Shown: positions 15,234 to 22,212 of the stretch, one piece after another
Position numbering within the stretch: the first letter of the stretch is position 1
Layout of the letters: each line of letters starts with the position of its first letter
NCBI GenBank assembly: GCA_031316235.1
Contig: JALDRA010000001.1
Location: 2,190,001-2,222,000 of the forward strand
From: Candidatus Scalindua sp.
GTDB lineage: Bacteria; Planctomycetota; Brocadiia; Brocadiales; Scalinduaceae
DNA: 32,000 bases
Direction: 5' to 3'
The notes under the pieces: model-generated
Seen by the model: the letters and a program-made list of their open reading frames with translations, nothing else
The model's database searches: none
What the model was told of the DNA's origin: nothing
Position numbers and translations under genes: made by a program

Positions 15234-16577
15234 TTACTCTTTTGTCAACTTCTTTTCCTCTTCCTGTATCCTCTTCTGCATCTCTCCTGCCCATTTTGTA
15301 ATACTTTTTGCATCTACAGGTTCTCCGCCCGTAAGAATCTTCAGCTGTCTTCCCTCAAGAACTTCTTGTTCTTCTCCTCCTCTTACAACGGTTGCACTGC
15401 CCCTCGTTGGTGTTATCTGAATCATAAATTCTGATACCTTGATGTCAATTTCTGCTTCATGTACACGTACACTGCTGGTATGGGCTGTTACGATAAATGG
15501 CTCTTTATCCCCAGAAATCTTTGCTAATATCTGCCCCTGTACAATGTCAAGCTTTCTTTTTTCTACCAGTTTGATATTAGTATCCACGTCCATAATGATA
15601 TACGTACCGTCCTTTAGAACAAAAGAGGCTTTACTTCCTTTTCCCGTCTGCAGGATTGCCCCTTTCTGGATTTTCGATTTATCGTTTACTACCCGCCATT
15701 TATTGTCAACTGAAGAACGCGTTTTTACGACACCTGTTGATTCTACAAGCTTTGCTTTGGCGGGCAGCGTAAAAAATAAAAAAATGATATAGACACACAG
15801 GGCACCAAAACCCAACAAAAGGCAGAATCTGCCAACAGCCTTTTTTGTCGGCCTTATCAGTATTATGCCTATTTCGTACAGGGCGATCATCGGCAATGCC
15901 GTCATAACCTGCGTAAAAGGGTCCGGCGGTGTAATGACAGCTGCGATTATAAAAATGATAAGGATAGCGTACTTTCTCCATTTCGCAAAATCTTCGCCCT
16001 TCAGTACTCCAATCTTTGCAATAAGCAACATGACAAGGGGAAGTTGAAATACGATGCCAAGGGCGATTGTCAACAGGAAGACAAGAGAAATATACTGACT
16101 CATCGTAATCACAGGTTCTATACTTGAGCCCAGAATTTTGATCAAAAACTGCAGTCCATATGGAATCAGTAAAAAGTATCCGAACAAGATACCTGATACG
16201 AATGCAATAAGGGAAAAAGGAACAAAAATTATTACGTACCTGCGTTCTTTCCTGTACAAACCGGCTTCGACAAATTTCCAGATTTGATATACAATAACAG
16301 GGTAAGCCATAAACAGCGATGCTATGAGGCAGAGCTTTATATAAGCATAAAAACCCTCCTGATAACTTAAAACCTGAAGTGATTGAGGCAGACCCAGGTT
16401 CTCCATCGCAAAATTGTGTGGTTTTTTGACGATATACAGGATCTTTGATTTAAATAACCAGCTGATAAAGAAGAAACCGGCAACAGCAATAATCGATTTT
16501 ATAATCCTTGATCGCAGCTCCTCAAGGTGCTCACTTATCGGTAACCTTTTCTCCTGGGTCTCTTGATTTTCTACCAT
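15234..16577 (-). CDS. tatC: TatC (twin-arginine translocase subunit) fused to an extra TM helix and a C-terminal FecR-like domain
   Basis: The N-terminal about 245 aa has the ISEHLEELRSRIIKS start and six hydrophobic segments typical of TatC. A seventh TM follows (FCLLLGFGALCVYIIFLFFTL). Next comes KIQKGAILQTGKGSKASFVLKDGTYIIMDVDTNIKLVEKRKLDIVQGQILAKISGDKEPFIVTAHTSSVRVHEAEIDIKV, which follows the FecR-domain pattern (G-x-l-x-T-g..s-x-a-x-l-x-l-x-dG-s...f-x-V-x-T). It is one uninterrupted 447-aa ORF. Confidence 0.8.
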   Translation of the reverse strand: MVENQETQEKRLPISEHLEELRSRIIKSIIAVAGFFFISWLFKSKILYIVKKPHNFAMENLGLPQSLQVLSYQEGFYAYIKLCLIASLFMAYPVIVYQIWKFVEAGLYRKERRYVIIFVPFSLIAFVSGILFGYFLLIPYGLQFLIKILGSSIEPVITMSQYISLVFLLTIALGIVFQLPLVMLLIAKIGVLKGEDFAKWRKYAILIIFIIAAVITPPDPFTQVMTALPMIALYEIGIILIRPTKKAVGRFCLLLGFGALCVYIIFLFFTLPAKAKLVESTGVVKTRSSVDNKWRVVNDKSKIQKGAILQTGKGSKASFVLKDGTYIIMDVDTNIKLVEKRKLDIVQGQILAKISGDKEPFIVTAHTSSVRVHEAEIDIKVSEFMIQITPTRGSATVVRGGEEQEVLEGRQLKILTGGEPVDAKSITKWAGEMQKRIQEEEKKLTKE

Positions 16578-16883
16578 CTCTGTTTTTCCATCTGTTTGTT
16601 TGAAGACGTACCTGTTTTTAATAGCGTGATATGATACTAGGACGGGTGTAAAATTACAAGATTCAATCTTTCTCCGATTTTTTTCCTGAAACAGGGCTGC
16701 CTGTTCTTCCTCCCGGGGGCAACCGGTCTGTGCATGGAGATGTCCGGGCTTTCCAGTGGGTTTCTCATGCGGTTTTTTCCAGGCTCCAGGGTATCAGAAA
16801 AGCCTTGAAAGGGTTTACTCTTTCTGATATTATCGATTCTCAAGTACGGTTTCGGTCCTTTTTTACTCAGGAAAGGTAATACG

Positions 16884-17357
16884 ATGGTTAGATCATTTGC
16901 AGGCAGCCTTATTGGTACTGGTAAGACTTTTGGTATTATTGTTAGCAGATTTAACAGTTTCATTACAAAACAGTTGCTGGAGGGGGCGCAGGACTGTCTG
17001 ATAAGACACGGAACCGATGAAAAGGATATTGATGTTTTCTGGGTTCCAGGGTCTTATGAAATACCGATTACGGCCATGAAGCTGACCAAAAATGGCAAAT
17101 ACGATGGCGTCATCTGTCTGGGTGCAGTAATACGCGGAGAAACACCACATTTTGATTATGTTTCCAGTGAATCTGCCAAGGGAATTACCGAGGTTGGTCT
17201 TGCAACCGGTGTTCCCACAACATATGGAATCATCACAACCGATACCCTGGAACAAGCCATAGATAGAGCAGGTACCAGAAGCGGCAATAAGGGTGCAGAA
17301 GCCGCATTGACAACGCTGGAAATGGTAAATTTATTTGAAACGATAAAGAATGGGTAA
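16884..17357 (+). CDS. ribH: 6,7-dimethyl-8-ribityllumazine synthase
   Basis: 157 aa. Contains FGIIVSRFNSFITKQLLEGAQDCLIRHG, WVPGSYEIP and GAVIRGETPHFDYV. Confidence 0.92.
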   Translation: MVRSFAGSLIGTGKTFGIIVSRFNSFITKQLLEGAQDCLIRHGTDEKDIDVFWVPGSYEIPITAMKLTKNGKYDGVICLGAVIRGETPHFDYVSSESAKGITEVGLATGVPTTYGIITTDTLEQAIDRAGTRSGNKGAEAALTTLEMVNLFETIKNG

Positions 17358-17401
17358 CATGTACGAATATTTCGGGCATACACATCCCTGGAGATCTGAG
17401 T

Positions 17402-18724
17402 TTGCGAAAAAGAACAGTCTCTCGTGAAATAGCGTTACAGGCGCTTTACCAGCTGGAGATCCGCGGTGATGAAATCATGAGCGAGATAGACTCCTTCTGC
17501 AGGAACCAGAGTAGCGAAGAAGAGATATGGAAATTTGCCTTGATGCTCGTTAAGGGGTGTTTTAAGAACATTGAAGAAATAGACAGGAAGATTGTTTCCG
17601 TGTCAGAAAATTGGAGTATGCACAGGATGCCCGTAGTAGATAAAAACATATTACGCTTAGCATGTTATGAGCTTTTCTTTCTGGAAGATATTCCTCCCAA
17701 GGTGACCATTAACGAAGCAATCGATCTTGCAAAGAAATTCAGCACGGAGAAATCAGGATTATTTGTAAATGGTGTATTGGATAAGGTATATTCGGCCTAT
17801 CTCAGCGAGAATAAAAACGATAGCCAACAGGGTACACCGGATTTGTGTGGACACCGTAATGGAGAGGCAGCCAAACGTATATATACAGGTACCGGTGCAG
17901 ACCTTCATATCCATACAGAGTTCTCTGACGGAACTTTTACCCCGGAACAGGTAGTTGAAGAAGCAGTAAAACAAGGCCTTCGAACTATTGCCGTCACAGA
18001 CCATGATAACATTGATGCGCTGGAGGCAACCCGGGAGATCTGTGATCAAAAAGGGATACAGTTCATACCTGCAGTTGAGCTCTCTTCTTTTTATGATCCG
18101 GTGGATATTCATATCTTGGGCTATTACATAGACATAAAGAGTATCGCGCTGAGAGAAAAATTAGCAGAACTGAGGCATGAAAGGATCGAACGAATAAAGA
18201 AAATCTCGGCAAAACTGCACAAGTTGAAAATTGATATTGACCCACAGGAAGTTTTAGATGTTGCAGGAAAAGGGGTGGCCGGCAGGGTACATGTAGCGGA
18301 TGTTTTAGTTCGAAAAGGGTATTGCAGTACCATGCAGGAATGCTTTAATTCCTACCTGGCAGATTATGGGCCGGCCCACGTGCCTAAAGTCTCATTATCG
18401 CTGGAAGGTGCTATTGAGCTCGTAATATCTGCAGGCGGTGTCCCCGTTTTTTCACACCCGGGTCTTACGAAAAGAGATGATTTGATTCCAAAAATGATAG
18501 GATACGGTTTGCAGGGTATCGAGGCCTTTTACCCTTCTCATCATCCGGATGTTGTAAAGCGATATATCCGGTTGGCTCAGAAACATGATCTTGTAATTAC
18601 GGGTGGTTCTGACTGCCATGGTGATCGAAAGCCTGCTACCACGCTTGGTTGTATTACGATAGAAGATTGTCTCGTTGAAAAGATTGCAGAAAGATGCAAT
18701 AGCATGGTTGGCCTCTTCAGTTAG
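17402..18724 (+). CDS. nusB: NusB antitermination factor fused to a PHP-domain phosphoesterase (TrpH/YciV-like)
   Basis: TTG start at 17402 after GGAG (17390-17393). Residues 1-135 are SREIALQALYQLEIRGD ... VDKNILRLACYELFFLEDIPPKVTINEAIDLAKKFS ... FVNGVLDKV (NusB). After a linker of about 30 aa comes ADLHIHTEFSDGTFTPEQVVEEAVKQGLRTIAVTDHDN ... GGSDCHG (PHP, COG0613-type). It is a single 440-aa ORF, 44 nt after ribH. Confidence 0.85.
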   Translation: MRKRTVSREIALQALYQLEIRGDEIMSEIDSFCRNQSSEEEIWKFALMLVKGCFKNIEEIDRKIVSVSENWSMHRMPVVDKNILRLACYELFFLEDIPPKVTINEAIDLAKKFSTEKSGLFVNGVLDKVYSAYLSENKNDSQQGTPDLCGHRNGEAAKRIYTGTGADLHIHTEFSDGTFTPEQVVEEAVKQGLRTIAVTDHDNIDALEATREICDQKGIQFIPAVELSSFYDPVDIHILGYYIDIKSIALREKLAELRHERIERIKKISAKLHKLKIDIDPQEVLDVAGKGVAGRVHVADVLVRKGYCSTMQECFNSYLADYGPAHVPKVSLSLEGAIELVISAGGVPVFSHPGLTKRDDLIPKMIGYGLQGIEAFYPSHHPDVVKRYIRLAQKHDLVITGGSDCHGDRKPATTLGCITIEDCLVEKIAERCNSMVGLFS

Positions 18725-18781
18725 CATCACAACAACTTGTCTGCTTTTTTATGCAGTGGTTGAGCGGAAATTATCTATCTG

Positions 18782-18868
18782 CCGCGTTGCCGCAATAAGC
18801 CCTTAATCATCAAGTACCTTGTCTGGTTCCGGTTGCAGAATGAAAGAACCCTCTGTCGGGGCAGTTTC
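18782..18868 (+). repeat. Post-stop structured repeat, copy C
   Basis: Ungapped alignment to 19961-20048 gives about 63% identity over the first 60 nt. The blocks CGTTGC (18785), GTTCCGGTT (18826) and GGGCAGTTTC (18859) have spacings of 41 and 33 nt, against 41 and 34 nt in copy B. It lies 58 nt after the nusB-PHP stop and about 100 nt before ftsY. Confidence 0.7.
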
Positions 18869-18964
18869 AGAGAGCCGAAGTTTTCTTTCCAGCGCTGTTA
18901 ATACTCTTTGGTTGTGACTTATCCAGGCCCTGGATGAGGAAGAAAAGTCATGTTCAGGTGAAAT

Positions 18965-19942
18965 ATGGGTTGGTTTTCAAAAAAAAAATCTGGTCTATCC
19001 AAAGAAAAGAAAACGGAAAATAGATCACTGTCATCTTTCCAGAGACTGAAGAACAGTCTTGAGAAGACACGCAGTAAACTATCTTCAAAGTTTAAGAACA
19101 TTGTTTCATTCAGAAAAAAGATTAACACAGCGGTCCTCGATGAAATAGAAGAGATACTGCTTGAATCTGATGTGGGAGTCGGCCCTACGACGAGGATCGT
19201 TCAGGAAATCAGAGACGCCTGGCAGGCCAAAGAGATTGAAGACACCTCTGATGTGTATGATTTCTTGAAAAATAAATTAAAGGAGGGTCTTAAGGGGTGG
19301 GATATTTCCTTAAATATTTCGTCTGTTTCACCAACAGTGATCATAGTTGCGGGCATCAACGGTGCTGGTAAAACGACCTCAATTGCTAAAATTGCCAATA
19401 TATTTATAAAACAGGGTAAGAAAGTTATGCTGTCAGCCAGCGATACTTTCCGTGCTGCTGCTGCGGAACAGCTTGATATCTGGAGTAAAAGAATCGGCTC
19501 TGATATTGTAAAACATCAGACAGGTGCAGATCCTGCTGCAGTCACGTTTGATGCACTTGATGCATGTTTGAAAAGAAAAGCAGATGTTTTGATCGTAGAT
19601 ACGGCAGGCCGTTTACATACTCATGATAATTTGATGAAAGAGTTGTCAAAGATTAAGCGGGTGATATCCAGCAAAATTGCGAATGCACCGCACGAAGTCC
19701 TCATGGTCCTGGATGCTACCACGGGGCAGAATGCGATATCGCAGGCGAAACTTTTCAAAGATGCGGTTGGTATTACGGGTATCATTTTATCAAAGCTGGA
19801 TGGTACAGCCAAGGGCGGTGTAATCCTGGGTATGCGTGATGAGATAGATATACCGGTAAAATTCATTGGTATTGGTGAAGGTGCAGATGATATCCAGGTA
19901 TTTGATGGAGATCAGTTCGTAGATGCTTTATTTGATGCGTGA
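18965..19942 (+). CDS. ftsY: signal recognition particle receptor FtsY
   Basis: 325 aa. It has a Lys-rich N-terminus, GINGAGKTTSIAKIA (G1), DTAGRLH (G3), SKLDGTAKGG (G4) and a PVKFIGIGEGADDI tail. Confidence 0.92.
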   Translation: MGWFSKKKSGLSKEKKTENRSLSSFQRLKNSLEKTRSKLSSKFKNIVSFRKKINTAVLDEIEEILLESDVGVGPTTRIVQEIRDAWQAKEIEDTSDVYDFLKNKLKEGLKGWDISLNISSVSPTVIIVAGINGAGKTTSIAKIANIFIKQGKKVMLSASDTFRAAAAEQLDIWSKRIGSDIVKHQTGADPAAVTFDALDACLKRKADVLIVDTAGRLHTHDNLMKELSKIKRVISSKIANAPHEVLMVLDATTGQNAISQAKLFKDAVGITGIILSKLDGTAKGGVILGMRDEIDIPVKFIGIGEGADDIQVFDGDQFVDALFDA

Positions 19943-20052
19943 ACGAAAACTACCCCTCTACTTCGTTGCTGTAAGAATTTTGTAGTCCTCACGTACTTGA
20001 GTACGTTCCGGTTCCAAAATTCTTACGCGCCTGCATCCGGGCAGTTTCGTTC
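19941..20052 (+). repeat. Post-stop structured repeat, copy B (best-preserved; three nested stems)
   Basis: It starts inside the ftsY stop codon. The outer stem is GAACGAAA(A)C 19941-19950 / GTTTCGTTC 20044-20052. The middle stem is a perfect 12 bp, GTAAGAATTTTG 19971-19982 / CAAAATTCTTAC 20015-20026. The inner hairpin is ACGTAC ttga GTACGT, 19991-20006. Confidence 0.8.
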
Positions 20053-20216
20053 AAGCACTATCTGATTACACTATGAGCAAAGAACACATCCTGCTACTCA
20101 TTTCAAACATTGAATCAATGGGGTTCTTCGTTTAGTACGGTGAAATAATTCATCAAACTCATGTTTTGCAAAGCAAAAATAACTATAAGTCAGCGTCCAG
20201 CGGGAGCAGAGGTATT

Positions 20217-21218
20217 ATGAAAAAGAATATTTCGAGAAGGACATTTCTGAAAACCGGCGCTGCCATCGGAGCAGGTCTTTATGGATTGGCATATCTTGGT
20301 TCAATTGAAAGACCAGAACCTTTAAAGAAATTAAAGGAAAATGCATTAAAAAAGAAGCTGGTTGTCGTACACGGTGATTATACCAGATGCAATACCGGCA
20401 AAATAGATGATGAAGGTTCCACCATAAAGGAAATGGTGCGAAGGGGTGTCCGTGCTCTTGGATCCCTTGATAAACTGATTTCTCAAGGAGACAGGGTCAT
20501 CATCAAACCGAATATTGCGTGGGACAGGAGACCTGAATTTGCGGTCAACACAAATCCATTTGTAGTTGCCGCGTTAATTGAGCTGTGTAAAGAGGCTGGT
20601 GCGGGCAGCATAAGGGTCCTCGATCATACCTGCTCTTCGAATCCGAAACCTTCATACCTGAATAGCGGGATTGAAAAAGCATCATTTGAAGCAGGTGCAG
20701 ACGTAAGATTTGTCAATCAGAGTTTATTTAGAAATATAACCATACCGGGCGGTAAGGTCCTCCGCTCATGGTCATTTTATGAAGAGTTGATACACCAGGA
20801 TGACATTGATGTCTTAATCAATGTACCCATTGCAAAACAGCATGGTACTTCCCGTTTATCCATGGCACTGAAAAACACATTGGGGATGGTAGGGGGAAAC
20901 AGGGGTGCTCTGCATAAAGACATACATCCTAAAATAGCCGATCTTAATAGAGTTGTCAAAGTTGATCTTACCGTGCTTGATGCATTCAGGACGTTAAGGC
21001 GGCACGGACCAACCGGCGGAAGATTGGAAGATGTCGATAACTCCTTTGAAACTGCAAGAAGAATCGTCATCAGCACTGATCCTGTTGCAGTGGATTCGTA
21101 TGGTGCCACCCTGTTCGGATTGAGAGGAGAGGACATCGGTTTTATACATGAGTCACATGAAGCAGAATTGGGAGAGATTGACTTCATGGCAAATGGTTTT
21201 GAAGAAATAACGGTTTAG
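20217..21218 (+). CDS. DUF362 domain protein with twin-arginine (Tat) signal peptide
   Basis: ATG at 20217 after GGAGCAGAGG. The N-terminus MKKNISRRTFLKTGAAIGAGLYGLAYLG fits the S-R-R-x-F-L-K Tat motif plus an h-region. DUF362 blocks are GDRVIIKPNIAWDRRPE and AKQHGTSRLSMALKNTLGMVGG. Confidence 0.8.
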   Translation: MKKNISRRTFLKTGAAIGAGLYGLAYLGSIERPEPLKKLKENALKKKLVVVHGDYTRCNTGKIDDEGSTIKEMVRRGVRALGSLDKLISQGDRVIIKPNIAWDRRPEFAVNTNPFVVAALIELCKEAGAGSIRVLDHTCSSNPKPSYLNSGIEKASFEAGADVRFVNQSLFRNITIPGGKVLRSWSFYEELIHQDDIDVLINVPIAKQHGTSRLSMALKNTLGMVGGNRGALHKDIHPKIADLNRVVKVDLTVLDAFRTLRRHGPTGGRLEDVDNSFETARRIVISTDPVAVDSYGATLFGLRGEDIGFIHESHEAELGEIDFMANGFEEITV

Positions 21219-21247
21219 ATAATGGAAAAATTTCGATTCAATACATA

Positions 21248-21946
21248 ATGGTATACTACCCGCACAGGTGCAGTCCAGTGCTTATTCTCGCTGCTGTTGT
21301 TGTTCTGTCCTCTGTTTCTTCATTTCTTGAAAAGACATATGCTGAAGAAGCTGATGAGAAAAAAACATGCCAATTGGGAGAACCCGCGAAAGAAAAGGTC
21401 CCCTTCTCAAAAGGTGATGAACCGCATATGATACCTGTTTATTTACGGTCTTCCCATAAGGCTTTAAATAATACTGAAGTAAAAACGATGTTGAAGGAGT
21501 ACAATTTTTTTTCAACGGATTCAAATATTGACGGGAATTTTGACAATGATTATGCAGGCAAGAGAGTGCATGGTGTTAACGTTGTCATCGACCGTGCAAC
21601 AGGTTTGATGTGGGATAAATCCGGATCGGCCAGGTTCATGAGCTGGAAAGATGCCAGGGAGTGGATAAATGATTTAAATCACAGTATGTATGGAGGTTAC
21701 AGCGACTGGAGATTACCAACTGCAGAAGAAGCTGCATCATTATTGGAGTCCGGAAAGAAATATGGGGGACTGTACATAGACCCCATCTTTGACAGGAGGC
21801 AACCCTATATCTGGACAGCTGATACCAGAGAGGGATCGGGTGGCGGTATTGCGTTAAGTGTTTATTTTGACGATGCAAAGATTCGCTGGGATGAAACAAA
21901 CTCCATTAACCGTAATTTTGTTCGTCCGGTTCGAACAGACAGATAA
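21248..21946 (+). CDS. secreted DUF1566 (Lcl C-terminal domain-like) protein
   Basis: It has an N-terminal hydrophobic signal-like segment (VLILAAVVVLSSVSS). TGLMWDKSGS ... SWKDAREWINDLNHSMYGGYSDWRLPTAEEAASLLE is the characteristic DUF1566 core. It starts 29 nt after the DUF362 gene. Confidence 0.7.
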   Translation: MVYYPHRCSPVLILAAVVVLSSVSSFLEKTYAEEADEKKTCQLGEPAKEKVPFSKGDEPHMIPVYLRSSHKALNNTEVKTMLKEYNFFSTDSNIDGNFDNDYAGKRVHGVNVVIDRATGLMWDKSGSARFMSWKDAREWINDLNHSMYGGYSDWRLPTAEEAASLLESGKKYGGLYIDPIFDRRQPYIWTADTREGSGGGIALSVYFDDAKIRWDETNSINRNFVRPVRTDR

Positions 21947-21984
21947 CGCTGTTTGCCAACCGCGATCTGGGCGCTGTTTTTTTT

Positions 21985-22021
21985 TCGGATTTTATCCGAA
22001 ATCCAGTATAAGATGAGTACA
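21985..22021 (+). repeat. Hairpin-plus-box repeat, copy 2
   Basis: TCGGATTTTATCCGAA is identical to 3386-3401, then ATCCAGTATAAGATGAGTACA aligns with CACCCTTATGAGATGAGTATA. It is preceded by a T9 run and lies about 190 nt upstream of the 22213 start. Confidence 0.75.
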
Positions 22022-22212
22022 TCATTCACCGTTACCTGTCAGCACCCTTGCAGGACCTGCACTATATAACAGTTCATAGTCCGGACTTTGTTTCCTTCCT
22101 GTACCTTTTTGATTGCTTCTTGTCATGCTTTCATGTATCATCAAAATTGTTTTTCAGTTTCATTTGCCGGTAAAAAAAACAATTTTAGACCTTGTATGGA
22201 GTAATACAATCG

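Noticed and set aside
16578-16883. Possible FMN riboswitch (RFN element) upstream of ribH
   Set aside because: The location is plausible. However, I could not find the conserved RFN core blocks (GGGGCAGGGUGAAAUUCCC..ACCGGCGGU, CCGACGGU.AAAGUCCGGAUG) on either strand. A cmscan with the FMN model would settle it.
16637-16963. 108-aa minus-strand ORF in the tatC/ribH divergent region
   Set aside because: It overlaps the ribH start by 80 nt, has an odd basic/Pro-rich composition, and matches no recognisable family. It is likely spurious.
18979-18988. A10 homopolymer within the first 25 nt of ftsY as a slippage or phase-variation site
   Set aside because: It simply encodes the Lys run (KKK) of a Lys-rich N-terminus in an AT-leaning genome. 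The gene is essential, and there is no evidence of an alternative frame.
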